Source of the DNA: Candidatus Omnitrophota bacterium
GTDB lineage: Bacteria; Omnitrophota; Gorgyraeia; Zapsychrales; Zapsychraceae
DNA length: 64,000 nucleotides
Assembly: GCA_029261065.1 (NCBI GenBank)
Contig: JAJDCB010000024.1
Location: 102,364-166,363 of the forward strand
Reading direction: 5' to 3'
This document shows, piece after piece, positions 1 through 10,371 of the stretch. The position numbers were made by a program, and so were the translations under genes. The notes beneath the pieces are model-generated. The model was not told where the DNA came from. It saw only the letters and a list, made by a program, of their open reading frames with translations, and did no database searches. Numbering within the stretch: position 1 is the stretch's first letter; each line of letters opens with the position of its first letter.

Positions 1-1370
1 ATCTGCAACGTATCTCCCTCAGCACTAAACTTTCCCCCTATGGCCAAAAAGACATATCCACAAACGGCAGCAATAATAAATCCCAATCCATTTTTTTGAA
101 TACGTTCAATAATAAGGCCTGTTAACACACAAATAAAACTCACAAATATAAATGTTTCATAGAGGTTTGAGACGGGCGGTCTTTGCAAAATGATAATGCG
201 CATGACAATGGATACGGCATGTAAAACAAAGCCGGAGATAAGTAAGGTGTACAATATTTTATAAAGCCAATTTTTGGAAAAAATTAAGAAAATAAAAAAC
301 AATAAAAATACAACAAAATACAATATTTGGGCATAAAAGAAACCTTTAATACGGTTGTAGATTAGCTCAAGTTCAACGAGATTCGCTAATCTAGGATGAT
401 TGAGTGTTAATCTTTCATAGATGGATTGTTTAAAGAGTCTTGCATTTAAATCAAATTCTAATTGTTGATCATTCCAGTAGTTGATAAGCAATTCTCTTAA
501 TGCCTTATATTCTTGACGCCCTTCTTCTCTCGTTACAGCCGCTCCAATAGCATCCCAAGGGCTAATCCATTTTTCATCATTTTGATACGTAGGAATAATG
601 GTAAAGCTCAAATCACGGTACAAAAGAGACCAATCAAACAAACTTGAAATAACACGAAACGTTTGCCGTTCTGTCTCACTCCATTGATCTTCGGGTAATG
701 TCTCTAGTGGCTTTGATAACACTTGTAATTCATCGGCTTTCTGAGCAACTTCTAAAAAACTAAACTGATGGACCTTCTCTTTAAAACCTAACGCTTCTTT
801 TAGATGAGGATCGGTTATGGCAAAATCCGGATGAGGAAAAGCAAATGAAAAACAAATACTTAAATGCGCGTAACTTTCCATATTCTGATAAAGGCGAATA
901 ATTTCATTTTCTACAATATCCCTTTCTTTGGGGTCAATATTTAAAGCAGCATTAGATAGTTCACGCAACTTTTCAAATTTAGGCTGTAATTGAGAAAAAC
1001 TGTACCTTCTTTTCTTCTCAGGCAATATGCCAAGAGAAGTAGCGATTCCAGGATGATTAATCAAAAACACCTTATCGTATCGTGCTGACTCTGGAGCAAA
1101 AATTAACTTAGATAACCAATTTATAGCCTCTTTCTTTTCAAATCGTGATCGTCCTGAAAATTGAATTAACGTGTTTTTTGCATAAGTTTCAAGCGGCTTA
1201 ATCCGACCATTATCTAAAATTGGAATCGCTTTTAATTCATCAACGTTAGCCACCGTTTTTGGTTTTATTTGACTAAAATTGAAAAAAGCATCCGTCTGTG
1301 CTAAGCAATATGTAGAAATATTTAGTAAAATAAAAACCAAAATTGTCGTTATTAATTTCTTCATCATCAT
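1..1370 (-). CDS. ccsA: Cytochrome c-type biogenesis protein CcsA/ResC-like (System II). 5'-partial: the C-terminus lies beyond the window start. Signal peptide, about 300-aa periplasmic domain, then TM helices.
   Basis: Reverse-strand hand translation from ATG at 1368-1370 (MMMKKLITTILVFILLNISTYCLAQT...) stays open to position 1. The TM region ...SGFVLHAVSIVMRIIILQRPPVSNLYETFIFVSF... matches the conserved CcsA/ResC N-terminal His / P-x-SNLYE motif. ATGA start/stop overlap with the upstream ccsB-like gene. Not in the ORF track because it is truncated. Confidence 0.55.
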   Translation of the reverse strand, partial: MMMKKLITTILVFILLNISTYCLAQTDAFFNFSQIKPKTVANVDELKAIPILDNGRIKPLETYAKNTLIQFSGRSRFEKKEAINWLSKLIFAPESARYDKVFLINHPGIATSLGILPEKKRRYSFSQLQPKFEKLRELSNAALNIDPKERDIVENEIIRLYQNMESYAHLSICFSFAFPHPDFAITDPHLKEALGFKEKVHQFSFLEVAQKADELQVLSKPLETLPEDQWSETERQTFRVISSLFDWSLLYRDLSFTIIPTYQNDEKWISPWDAIGAAVTREEGRQEYKALRELLINYWNDQQLEFDLNARLFKQSIYERLTLNHPRLANLVELELIYNRIKGFFYAQILYFVVFLLFFIFLIFSKNWLYKILYTLLISGFVLHAVSIVMRIIILQRPPVSNLYETFIFVSFICVLTGLIIERIQKNGLGFIIAAVCGYVFLAIGGKFSAEGDTLQ

Positions 1371-2491
1371 CTTTTTCTCTTAAAGGCCATAAACATAAAA
1401 TGAATAACTAAACCCAAAAATGTAATAAGACTCGAGATGTAGGGTAATAAATGCCCTCGATTTTTGACAACTGCGAGCGTTGAATACTTATCCCCATTTT
1501 GTCCTAAACTATATGAGGCTTGGTATAGGGCAAAGCTTTTATATCTTAAGGGTTCATTCATATAAATGAGGACTTCCCGTTTAAGTCCTTGATGCTCAAC
1601 TTCAACAAAACTTTGAAAATGTCTTGGGATCTCTGTTCCGGGGTGAACGGACATATCAAACTTATTTAAATGTATCGTAAAGGGCAATTCATATTTTTTT
1701 CTTCTTAACATCAAGAAATACTCATCCCTCTCAACAATAAAAGACGTTCCTTGAATCTCTCCGCCATACAACATAATGGTGTGTAATTTTTTTCCTTTAT
1801 GAAATATCTCAAATAAGCCACCTGCTATGTTTTTCTCAGGTTCTTTATCTTTGGCAATAGCTTGCAAGGATTGAATGCCTGAAGCATTGAGATACTCGTT
1901 GTTTCCCTCTTGATTAACATAGGCTTGCGCATTGGGATAATAAGATTTAACTTGAACATCTATATTAAACGGTAAAAAGGGATACATCTCTAAAGCTTTA
2001 AAATGATTACTATCAAATGCCAATACCTCTCTTTTATCCTCCTTTGTCTTTTTCCACAAAGCCAATTCCCACTCATGATACGAAACAGAAACATTACTTG
2101 ATTGATTCTCTTTTAGCATTAAATAAGATTCTTGTACTTCATGAAAGGTAACAAAAGCGGCAAAAAAGTAAGTCATTAATCCAAAGTGGATGATCAAAAT
2201 ACCTATTTGAGACATTTTATACACAAAACGCTTTATTGTATTTGCAGTTAAGTTTATAAATAAAACCCAAAGAACTAATCTTGCTCCGGGAAAAGGCAAA
2301 TATCCTAACACAAGAAAATACCAGGAGTAGAAAAACCGCTGCTGAGCTTCATAGAGCCCCGCCTCAACCTGCGCAATCGTTCCCCAAAGCGTGAGTATAA
2401 ATAATAAAATGAGACACACGACTGTAATCTTAATCGATGCTAAAAATTTAATAATTGGATTAGCTTTTAAGCTTTTTCTAAGTTGCGACAT
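1367..2491 (-). CDS. ccsB: Cytochrome c biogenesis protein CcsB/ResB-like (short form)
   Basis: N-terminus MSQLRKSLKANPIIKFLASIKITVVCLILLFILTLWGTIAQ resembles the ResB signature (L-x-S-x-K-x-AI-x-LL...GT). Large periplasmic region, C-terminal TM helices. Translationally coupled (ATGA) to the ccsA-like gene. Confidence 0.5.
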   Translation of the reverse strand: MSQLRKSLKANPIIKFLASIKITVVCLILLFILTLWGTIAQVEAGLYEAQQRFFYSWYFLVLGYLPFPGARLVLWVLFINLTANTIKRFVYKMSQIGILIIHFGLMTYFFAAFVTFHEVQESYLMLKENQSSNVSVSYHEWELALWKKTKEDKREVLAFDSNHFKALEMYPFLPFNIDVQVKSYYPNAQAYVNQEGNNEYLNASGIQSLQAIAKDKEPEKNIAGGLFEIFHKGKKLHTIMLYGGEIQGTSFIVERDEYFLMLRRKKYELPFTIHLNKFDMSVHPGTEIPRHFQSFVEVEHQGLKREVLIYMNEPLRYKSFALYQASYSLGQNGDKYSTLAVVKNRGHLLPYISSLITFLGLVIHFMFMAFKRKR

Positions 2492-2496
2492 AATCT

Positions 2497-3138
2497 TTAT
2501 TTAATGGATTGGCATAATTTGCGAAAGGAATTTTTAAAAACAGACATATCTGATTTTGTACCTTTCATCTTAATAAATATTGATTTTTGTTCGAGTGACA
2601 AAATCGTGGCCATCATTGAAGGTGTTTCTGGAGATTGATTGATTTGTAATTTCGAAAAATCATAAATCGTTACTTCATACCCACCTTTGGATGTTATTTT
2701 TTCCTGGGTTTTTACAAAATTGAGTAACTCTTTTGAAGTTAAATTAATATCAATTTGACGCATCCAACGCATGAGATTGGCTTGCTCCCCTCCAGCATTA
2801 CCAGCTAAAGAAACAATAGAACACTCCATACTTGAACTTACGGATGGGGCCGTAAGTGAGGCCACGCGCATACCACTGCCCTTCTTCTCAACCCAACCTT
2901 CTGGTGTTTGCCATTTAATGTCGGTCTTAACAACAGAATCTTTTAAAGCTTTTTGAATATTAGGATCATCACTTTGCATAGAAGCTTTTAAAGGAACTTC
3001 AGGATCCTTTGGGCTCCTTGTTTCTTCTAAATTGTCATTTAGCTCATGATAGACCCGCATCTTGCCTTTGTCATCGCAAGAAATGATAGTTACTATCAAA
3101 AGAATTAATATACAATATGTTACTGTTCTATTTTTCAT
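2497..3138 (-). CDS. Hypothetical lipoprotein (signal peptide plus lipobox IISC), function unknown
   Basis: MKNRTVTYCILILLIVTIISCDD. No CxxC motif, so not a ResA-type thiol-disulfide oxidoreductase. Tightly packed between hemY and ccsB. Confidence 0.55.
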   Translation of the reverse strand: MKNRTVTYCILILLIVTIISCDDKGKMRVYHELNDNLEETRSPKDPEVPLKASMQSDDPNIQKALKDSVVKTDIKWQTPEGWVEKKGSGMRVASLTAPSVSSSMECSIVSLAGNAGGEQANLMRWMRQIDINLTSKELLNFVKTQEKITSKGGYEVTIYDFSKLQINQSPETPSMMATILSLEQKSIFIKMKGTKSDMSVFKNSFRKLCQSIK

Positions 3139-4514
3139 ATCGTAACGCCTGTGGGTTCATTTTTAAGTTGTAATTCATTAACTCTCAAATACGCTTGTTC
3201 GATACAATCATTAAATGAAATCCCATTAAAATAATTGGAAACAAAATGCAGATGAGGATTTTGGCTTAAGACTTTAATAATCTTGGATTTGGCTTCTTTG
3301 CATTGAGCATTATATTGCGGTATCGCATGCTCAAATCTAACATAATGAATAGCGTAAGGCTTAGCCTTAATATTAAGAGTCCTTTGTAATTCCTGCTTAA
3401 CGAGATCACTCATTTCATCTTTATTATGGGTTAAAACAGAATTTTTCTGAGATTTTCCTAACATGACTCTTAATAAAACGTCATCCGATTGACAACGATT
3501 CTCAAAAATATTACTTTCAAAAAGAACACCTAATACATCTGTTTTCTCACGCGTTGTATTAAGATACCCAAATCCTTTAGGTAAATTTTCTAAATCTTTC
3601 CTTTTATAGACAAAACCCAAAACAGCGATGGGGGCATAAGATATTGATTTTAAAATAGATGATAACTCTGGTAAACATTCTTTTAATAATAGCTCTGTCA
3701 CATAAGCTGGCGTAGATAAAAAAAGTTCGTCAGCGACTATTTCTCGATCTTTTTCATGAATAACATACTGATCATCTTGAGAAGTAATATTTGTAATAGT
3801 TTGATTACAAAAAATAAATTTTTGATATTTCATTTTTAACGCATGGATAAGCGTTCCCATGCCATTTTTAAAAGTGGTTAAATGCCCCTTTGGCATACCT
3901 GCAGATGATTTGCCCTTTAAAGCTATCATGGCCTTAATTAAGGAGCCATACTGCTCTTCTAACGTTTTTATTCTAGGAAAAGCTTCTTTTAGAATAATCT
4001 CTCTGGCATCCCCTCCATAAATACCACGAACCATGGGATCCAAAAAATATTGCGCAAATTCTTCTCCTAACCTACGTTTTCCAAAGTCATATACGCTTTC
4101 TTGATCAATATCTTCTTTTCTCTTAAATGGTTCAGCTAATAAACGAAATTTTGCTTTCGTTGATAATAATGGCGTTGCTATGAGTGATTGGGGTGATGTG
4201 GGAAGCGCATAAAGTTTATTATTTTTGCAGACATAACGTAACTGGGATTCTCTATTGGCTTTAATCAATTCATCTTTTAACCCAAGCTCTTCAATAAATT
4301 CTAGCGTTCTTGGTTTTGAGTTAAGAAATCCATTAGGCCCCGTTTCAAATCTCGCATCCCCATCGATTAATGTCTGAATCGTACCACCAAGATGACCTTT
4401 TTTTTCAAGCAAGCTGACATTTATATCATTATTAAAATCATATTTTCCATTCAAATAATGTAAAACGCTAAGCCCACTAATGCCCCCACCTATTATGACA
4501 ATATTTTTTTTCAT
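3135..4514 (-). CDS. hemY: Protoporphyrinogen oxidase (oxygen-dependent, FAD, HemY-type)
   Basis: N-terminal dinucleotide-binding motif IVIIGGGISGLS. 459 aa. Sits between hemE and the ccs genes. Confidence 0.85.
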   Translation of the reverse strand: MKKNIVIIGGGISGLSVLHYLNGKYDFNNDINVSLLEKKGHLGGTIQTLIDGDARFETGPNGFLNSKPRTLEFIEELGLKDELIKANRESQLRYVCKNNKLYALPTSPQSLIATPLLSTKAKFRLLAEPFKRKEDIDQESVYDFGKRRLGEEFAQYFLDPMVRGIYGGDAREIILKEAFPRIKTLEEQYGSLIKAMIALKGKSSAGMPKGHLTTFKNGMGTLIHALKMKYQKFIFCNQTITNITSQDDQYVIHEKDREIVADELFLSTPAYVTELLLKECLPELSSILKSISYAPIAVLGFVYKRKDLENLPKGFGYLNTTREKTDVLGVLFESNIFENRCQSDDVLLRVMLGKSQKNSVLTHNKDEMSDLVKQELQRTLNIKAKPYAIHYVRFEHAIPQYNAQCKEAKSKIIKVLSQNPHLHFVSNYFNGISFNDCIEQAYLRVNELQLKNEPTGVTI

Positions 4515-4520
4515 GGGAAA

Positions 4521-5513
4521 TTACCGAAAGTCGTGTACTTGCTTGACAATTCTTTTTAAGGTTTCCACTTTGATATCGGGAAATACGCCATGGCTAAGAT
4601 TAAATATGTAACGTTTATATTTTTGGGCTGCTGTCAAAATCCTATTGACTTCAGCTTCGACTTGTTTTTCGTCAGCATATAATAGACCATTGTATAAATT
4701 TCCTTGAATACCCTTTTTTGAATTTAAAAGGATTTGATTATCTTCTATGTTGACATTATGCCCCACTGATAAAAAATCACTCCCCGATTGATCCATGAAT
4801 GCAAGTAAATGATGACAGTTACGCACATAATAAATAGAAGGTAAATCTATATGTTGAAAAATGTCTTGAACGTAAGGTAACACCCATTTCGCATAATCAT
4901 CTGGACGCAATATCTCAGCCCACGAATCAAATAATTGAAAAGCTTTAATGCCTGCTTGTTTTTGAAATTGTAAATAAGAGATGGTATTTTGAGTTATTTT
5001 CTTCATTAAGCGATGAAACATCTCTTGTTCTGTGTGAATAAACTTAAGCGTCTTTGTAAACTGAACGGAACTTCCTCCCTCAATCAAATATGTTAAAACC
5101 GTAAAGGGAGATCCTGCAAAGCCAATTAAAGGAACGTGGGAAGGTAATCGTTTGTTAATAAGCGCAATTGTCTCCCCTAAATATGGTAACTCATTAAATT
5201 CTTTTATTTTTTCTATTTGAAATTCTGTATTGATGAGAGGTCCCTTTTTGTTATCAAATCTTATTTCAAATCCCATAGCAATGGGAAGTGTTAAGATATC
5301 GGCAAAAAGAATGGCCGCATCAACACCTAAAATATCAATAGGCATACAGGTGATTTCAGCGGCAAGTGAAGGGGTTTGAAACATAGCTTCTAAACTATGA
5401 TTTTTTTTGAGCGCTTGATATTCAGGCAAATAACGACCCGCTTGGCGCATAAACCATAGCGGTATCTTGGTATTTGTTCCTTTAAAGGCTTCTAGAAGAT
5501 GTGATTCTTGCAT
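4521..5513 (-). CDS. hemE: Uroporphyrinogen decarboxylase
   Basis: Hallmark N-terminal PLWFMRQAGRYLPEY motif. 330 aa. Confidence 0.93.
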   Translation of the reverse strand: MQESHLLEAFKGTNTKIPLWFMRQAGRYLPEYQALKKNHSLEAMFQTPSLAAEITCMPIDILGVDAAILFADILTLPIAMGFEIRFDNKKGPLINTEFQIEKIKEFNELPYLGETIALINKRLPSHVPLIGFAGSPFTVLTYLIEGGSSVQFTKTLKFIHTEQEMFHRLMKKITQNTISYLQFQKQAGIKAFQLFDSWAEILRPDDYAKWVLPYVQDIFQHIDLPSIYYVRNCHHLLAFMDQSGSDFLSVGHNVNIEDNQILLNSKKGIQGNLYNGLLYADEKQVEAEVNRILTAAQKYKRYIFNLSHGVFPDIKVETLKRIVKQVHDFR

Positions 5514-6883
5514 TAGACTGTCTTGGAAAATTGTTGTTTGGTTTGTTGTTTTTGAAAATATTGATCAAATCCCATACAAATATTGCGCACAAAGATTTTG
5601 CCCATTTCGGTTACTTTTAGACCCTTGTCGTCTTCCAGAAGTAACCCTTCCTCTATACACCACACAATATGATCTCGCTCATCTCTAAAATACTCATCAA
5701 AAGGAATGTGAAACGTTTTATAAAAAACATCCCTTCTAAGCTGAAATTGACACATCAAAGCTCTGATAACCCATTGACGTATTTCATCATCTTCATTCAG
5801 TATCTTTCCGCGCTCAACCGCCAATCGATTTTCACTTAACATTTTGTAATATTCGGGCAATACTTTTACATTTTGAATAAAAGTTTTTCCGATAAAACCA
5901 ATAGAGGTCAGACCTAATCCAATATATTCATCTGCTGGCTTAACGGTATAGCCCATAAAATTACGATAAAGCTCACCCTCATTATAAGCTTGAGCTAATT
6001 CATCGTCTTTCCGTGCAAAATGATCCATTGCAATGGATAGATAATTATTCTCAATAAACGCATCTCTTGCTAATAAAAATAAATCTAATTTCAATTCATT
6101 ATCAGGCAAAGTGATTTGTGACAATTTATTTTGATGTTTTTTCAACCACGGGACATAAGCAAAACTGTATAATGCAATACGATCGGGTGTTAACTTGATA
6201 ACATCTTTAATTGTCTGAGAAAAACTTGCTTGTGTTTGGTAGGGTAAACCATAAATCAAATCAAAATTAATCGAATGAAATTTAAGGTCCCGACACCACT
6301 GATTCACTTCTTTGACCATAGCAAGAGGTTGAATCCGATTGATAGCTTCTTGAACTTTTTGATCAAAATCTTGAACACCAAAGGATATGCGATTAAAACC
6401 AATTTCCTTTAGCGTCACTAATTTTTCATAATCAATGGTTCTTGGATCAATTTCTATGGCTACTTCACTGGATAAATCAACATCGAAATGCTCTTGAACT
6501 TTTTTAAAAAGGGATCTTAATTGTTGGGTATTTAGGTAAGTCGGTGTTCCCCCTCCAAAATGAAGTTGCTTAATAGAGGGCTTTCGTCCGATTTCTTTAG
6601 AAATCAGCTCAATTTCTGTAAAAAGATATTTAAGATATTCATCTCCATATTTGTTTTCCTGCCTACGAATGACAACATTACAAGCGCAAAAAGTGCATAA
6701 CGATTGGCAAAAGGGAATATGGATATATAAAGATAACGTCTTATTAGATTGCCCGAATGAGCGTAATTTCTCACCATAAACAGATTCATTAACCTCATCA
6801 CTCCAAACAGGCGCTGTTGGATAGCTGGTATAACGTGGCCCAGGGATATTATATTTTTTTATGGATTCTCGAGATATGGACAT
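5513..6883 (-). CDS. hemN: Oxygen-independent coproporphyrinogen III oxidase (radical SAM)
   Basis: CxxxCxxC radical-SAM cluster motif (CQSLCTFCAC). 456 aa is HemN length rather than HemW. Shares one nucleotide with hemE. Confidence 0.85.
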   Translation of the reverse strand: MSISRESIKKYNIPGPRYTSYPTAPVWSDEVNESVYGEKLRSFGQSNKTLSLYIHIPFCQSLCTFCACNVVIRRQENKYGDEYLKYLFTEIELISKEIGRKPSIKQLHFGGGTPTYLNTQQLRSLFKKVQEHFDVDLSSEVAIEIDPRTIDYEKLVTLKEIGFNRISFGVQDFDQKVQEAINRIQPLAMVKEVNQWCRDLKFHSINFDLIYGLPYQTQASFSQTIKDVIKLTPDRIALYSFAYVPWLKKHQNKLSQITLPDNELKLDLFLLARDAFIENNYLSIAMDHFARKDDELAQAYNEGELYRNFMGYTVKPADEYIGLGLTSIGFIGKTFIQNVKVLPEYYKMLSENRLAVERGKILNEDDEIRQWVIRALMCQFQLRRDVFYKTFHIPFDEYFRDERDHIVWCIEEGLLLEDDKGLKVTEMGKIFVRNICMGFDQYFQKQQTKQQFSKTV

Positions 6884-6939
6884 AATGACGGTAAATGACT
6901 ATTAATAATAAAGGTAGGATAACAAACATCATTGAGAAT

Positions 6940-7695
6940 TTAAACAGAAAACTTGGCATCTCTGTATTCTCGATTCATGCGAGCAATATTTGAGACGCTT
7001 ATCTCTTTGGGGCAGGCTGCTTCACATTCATATTCATTCGAACAGTTTCCAAATCCTTCTTCATCCATTTTCTCTACCATTTGAACCACACGCTCTTTTG
7101 CCTCCAATTGGCCTTGAGGTAACAAGTTTAAATGGCTTATCTTAGCGGATGTAAATAACATCGCAGATGCATTAGGACAGGCCGCTACACAAGCCCCACA
7201 TCCAATACAAGCAGCAGCGTCAAAAGCTAATTCAGCGTTTTCATGTTTGATAGGTTGATTATTCGCCTCAGGCGCAGAGCCTGTTTTAACAGAAATGTAA
7301 CCACCTGCTGCAATAATACGATCAAAAGAACCTCGATCAACAACTAAATCTTTGATAACGGGAAATCCTTTAGCTCGCCAAGGTTCAATAACAACAGTAT
7401 CTTTATTCTTAAACTTTCGCATATGCAACTGACATAGCGTAGTTGCTTTCTGTGGACCATGCGCCTCTCCATTAACAATGGCCCCACACATGCCACAAAC
7501 ACCTTCACGACAATCGTGATCAAAGGCAATAGGCTCATCCCCCTCAAGGGTTAGCTTTTCATTTAGCACATCAAGCATCTCTAAAAAAGACATACTCGTA
7601 TCGATATCTTTCACTTCATAAGTTTCAAATTTACCCTTATCTTCTGAAATTTTTTGTCGCCAGACTTTTAACGTGAGTTCAATAGTATTTTTCAT
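6940..7695 (-). CDS. sdhB: Succinate dehydrogenase/fumarate reductase iron-sulfur subunit
   Basis: Three Cys clusters (CREGVCGMC; [12 protein letters not shown]; [12 protein letters not shown]). 251 aa. Confidence 0.9.
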   Translation of the reverse strand: MKNTIELTLKVWRQKISEDKGKFETYEVKDIDTSMSFLEMLDVLNEKLTLEGDEPIAFDHDCREGVCGMCGAIVNGEAHGPQKATTLCQLHMRKFKNKDTVVIEPWRAKGFPVIKDLVVDRGSFDRIIAAGGYISVKTGSAPEANNQPIKHENAELAFDAAACIGCGACVAACPNASAMLFTSAKISHLNLLPQGQLEAKERVVQMVEKMDEEGFGNCSNEYECEAACPKEISVSNIARMNREYRDAKFSV

Positions 7696-7696
7696 A

Positions 7697-9607
7697 TTAT
7701 TTATAGCTTCTTTGACTTAAAGGGACTTCTTCAAAGGTTAAAGGTTCTTTGATAAGATTTGGAATTTTTCCAACGCCTTGATATTGCCAGGCCGCTACAT
7801 AAGCAAAATTGTCATCATCCCTTAGGGCCTCGCCCTCCTCCGTTTGAGATTCTTCACGGAAATGTCCTCCACAGGATTCCTTACGGTGTAAGGCATCATA
7901 AATAAGGGTTTCACCAAATTCTAGAAAATCTGACACACGACCAGCACGCTCTAAAGCCTGATTGAGATCTGCATCTGATCCGGGGACATTCACATTCTTG
8001 GAAAACTCATCGCGAATTTCAGGGATTTTCTCCAACGCTTCTTTTAATCCTTTTTCATTACGCGACATCCCACAGTTATTCCAAAGTAACTTTCCTAATT
8101 CTCTATGAAAATCATCAACCGTTTTTTTACCTTCAATTTTTAATATTTTTTGTGTCTTATCTTTGATTTTTTGTTCGGACTCTTTAAATTCAGGAAGATT
8201 CGCATCAATTTGACCAGAAGGGTTTTGCGCTAAATAATCCCCAATTGTATAGGGAATAATAAAATAGCCATCCGCTAATCCCTGCATCAATGCACTTGCG
8301 CCTAAACGATTGGCTCCGTGATCAGAAAAATTGGCCTCCCCTAATACAAAAAGCCCGGGTAAGTTACTCATCAAATTATAGTCAACCCATAACCCGCCCA
8401 TGGTGTAATGAAGGGCAGGATAAATCATCATCGGATCTTGGTAAGGACTAGAATTTGTAATCCGATCATACATCTCAAAAAGATTGCCATAGCGCGCTTT
8501 TATAACATCTTTACCTAATCGATTAATAGCATCAGCGAAATCTAGATAAACAGCTTCCCCTGTTGCTCCAACCCCGAAGCCATCATCACACACATATTTG
8601 GCATTACGCGAGGCTAGATCTCTTGGTACCAAATTCCCAAAGCTTGGATATTTACGTTCTAAATAATAATCTCTTTCATTTTCTGGAATATCTTTAGGTG
8701 ATCGGTCATCTTTGGCTTGTTTCGGTACCCAAACGCGCCCATCATTTCTTAAACTTTCACTCATTAATGTTAATTTCGATTGATAATCACCATGAACAGG
8801 AATGCAGGTTGGATGAATTTGGGTATAACAAGGATTGGCCAGTAACGCGCCTCTTTTGTGAGCTCTCCAAGAAGCCGTTACATTACAAGCTTTGGCGTTG
8901 GTTGATAAATAAAAAGCATTAGAGTAGCCACCCGTCGCTAAAATTACGGCATCCGCTGAATGAGATGTAACCTCTCCTGTTAAAAGATTACGAACAACAA
9001 TTCCGCGAGCAACACCCTTAACAACAACAATATCTAAAACTTCACAACGCGTATGAAGATCAATAGCCCCCTTACCAACTTCTTTCATTAAAGCGCTATA
9101 GGCACCAAGTAAAAGTTGCTGACCTGTTTGACCTCTAGCATAAAAAGTTCTTGAGACTTGTGCGCCTCCAAAGGAACGATTATCTAAGTAACCGGCATAT
9201 TCACGCGCAAAGGGAACGCCTTGAGCGACACATTGATCAATAATGTTATTACTAACCTCAGCCAATCGATGCACATTCGCTTCTCTTGAGCGATAATCAC
9301 CACCTTTAACGGTATCATAAAATAATCTATGAATGCTATCGCCATCATTTGGATAATTCTTAGCTGCATTAATTCCGCCTTGAGCAGCAATACTGTGAGC
9401 GCGCCTTGGACTATCCTGAATACAAAATACTTTGACATTGTAACCTAATTCAGAAAGAGTGGCGGCAGCCGCACTTCCCGCTAAACCTGTGCCAACAACA
9501 ATTACATGATATTTTCTTTTATTCGCTGGATTAACCAATTTGATTTTGGACTTATGATTTGTCCATTTATCTTTCATAGGTCCTTCAGGAATTTTGGAAT
9601 CTAGCAT
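7697..9607 (-). CDS. sdhA: Succinate dehydrogenase/fumarate reductase flavoprotein subunit
   Basis: FAD-binding [12 protein letters not shown]; covalent-FAD/active-site region HYTMGG. 636 aa. Confidence 0.95.
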   Translation of the reverse strand: MLDSKIPEGPMKDKWTNHKSKIKLVNPANKRKYHVIVVGTGLAGSAAAATLSELGYNVKVFCIQDSPRRAHSIAAQGGINAAKNYPNDGDSIHRLFYDTVKGGDYRSREANVHRLAEVSNNIIDQCVAQGVPFAREYAGYLDNRSFGGAQVSRTFYARGQTGQQLLLGAYSALMKEVGKGAIDLHTRCEVLDIVVVKGVARGIVVRNLLTGEVTSHSADAVILATGGYSNAFYLSTNAKACNVTASWRAHKRGALLANPCYTQIHPTCIPVHGDYQSKLTLMSESLRNDGRVWVPKQAKDDRSPKDIPENERDYYLERKYPSFGNLVPRDLASRNAKYVCDDGFGVGATGEAVYLDFADAINRLGKDVIKARYGNLFEMYDRITNSSPYQDPMMIYPALHYTMGGLWVDYNLMSNLPGLFVLGEANFSDHGANRLGASALMQGLADGYFIIPYTIGDYLAQNPSGQIDANLPEFKESEQKIKDKTQKILKIEGKKTVDDFHRELGKLLWNNCGMSRNEKGLKEALEKIPEIRDEFSKNVNVPGSDADLNQALERAGRVSDFLEFGETLIYDALHRKESCGGHFREESQTEEGEALRDDDNFAYVAAWQYQGVGKIPNLIKEPLTFEEVPLSQRSYK

Positions 9608-9620
9608 AAGATATACCTTT

Positions 9621-10301
9621 TTAAGATGACAAAAATTGAATTAAGACATACACAGGAATTGAACTAAACGATAATGTAATAACAATAGCTGTCCACTGAC
9701 TTATATTTTTTATAAGCGGTGTATACGTTGGACTACTAAATCCAAAGGTTTGTGCAAAACTTTGTATACCATGATTAAGATGAAAACCTAAAGAAAACAT
9801 CGCGATGATGTAGAGTCCACTATGAATGGGATCCGTAAAAGCATTATAAACAACACCATAAAGACCATAACTCATGCCATCTTGCAAAACGCTTGCATCT
9901 CCATGTTTATCGGTAAACGTGAAATCAAGTAAATGCCATACGACAAATGCAATTAAGATAGTACCCGTAAAAGGCATTAATCGTGTGGATAATGAGCGCT
10001 GATTAGAAGATTTTTTTACGTTATAATTTACCGTACGTGATTTTATGTTTTCTAAAACTATAGAGGCTGTCAACGTCATATGAACAACAAAGACAACTAA
10101 TAATCCAAATTCAACCACATAGAATCCAGGACGTAAATCACTCAACTTTTTAGCATATTTATTAAAGGCTTCAGGCCCTAGGTAGAAAATTAAATTGCCA
10201 GCTAAATGCCCAACGATAAATAAAATAAGCATAAGACCTGTGACAGCAACAATTTGCTTTTTTCCGATAGAAGATTTGAAATAAGATAATAAATTGGACA
10301 T
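9621..10301 (-). CDS. sdhC: Succinate dehydrogenase/fumarate reductase cytochrome b membrane anchor (single 5-TM subunit, type-B enzyme)
   Basis: 226-aa polytopic protein with His-bearing helices, directly upstream of sdhA-sdhB. Single anchor gives a three-subunit architecture. Confidence 0.7.
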   Translation of the reverse strand: MSNLLSYFKSSIGKKQIVAVTGLMLILFIVGHLAGNLIFYLGPEAFNKYAKKLSDLRPGFYVVEFGLLVVFVVHMTLTASIVLENIKSRTVNYNVKKSSNQRSLSTRLMPFTGTILIAFVVWHLLDFTFTDKHGDASVLQDGMSYGLYGVVYNAFTDPIHSGLYIIAMFSLGFHLNHGIQSFAQTFGFSSPTYTPLIKNISQWTAIVITLSFSSIPVYVLIQFLSS

Positions 10302-10371
10302 AACTTTACTCTTTCATTTATGAATAGAAATATTATATCATAAGGCTAATAGAATCTTAAGATAAACATCA

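Noticed and set aside
2771-2956. Short plus-strand ORFs lying antisense within well-supported minus-strand genes. Besides this one: 5467-5688, 6604-6801, 7344-7547, 8698-8922, 9184-9438, 10836-11121, 14016-14804, 18055-18270, 20910-21293, 23216-24542, 29149-29370, 30073-30367, 32338-32556, 33845-34042, 34302-34523, 39712-39921, 40836-41051, 42558-42782, 44575-44880, 46651-46836, 48370-48654, 49132-50004, 51652-51963.
   Set aside because: All are 60-150 aa, have low-complexity or odd composition, and are fully nested in or opposite to genes whose products have clear conserved motifs. They are typical shadow ORFs in AT-rich DNA.
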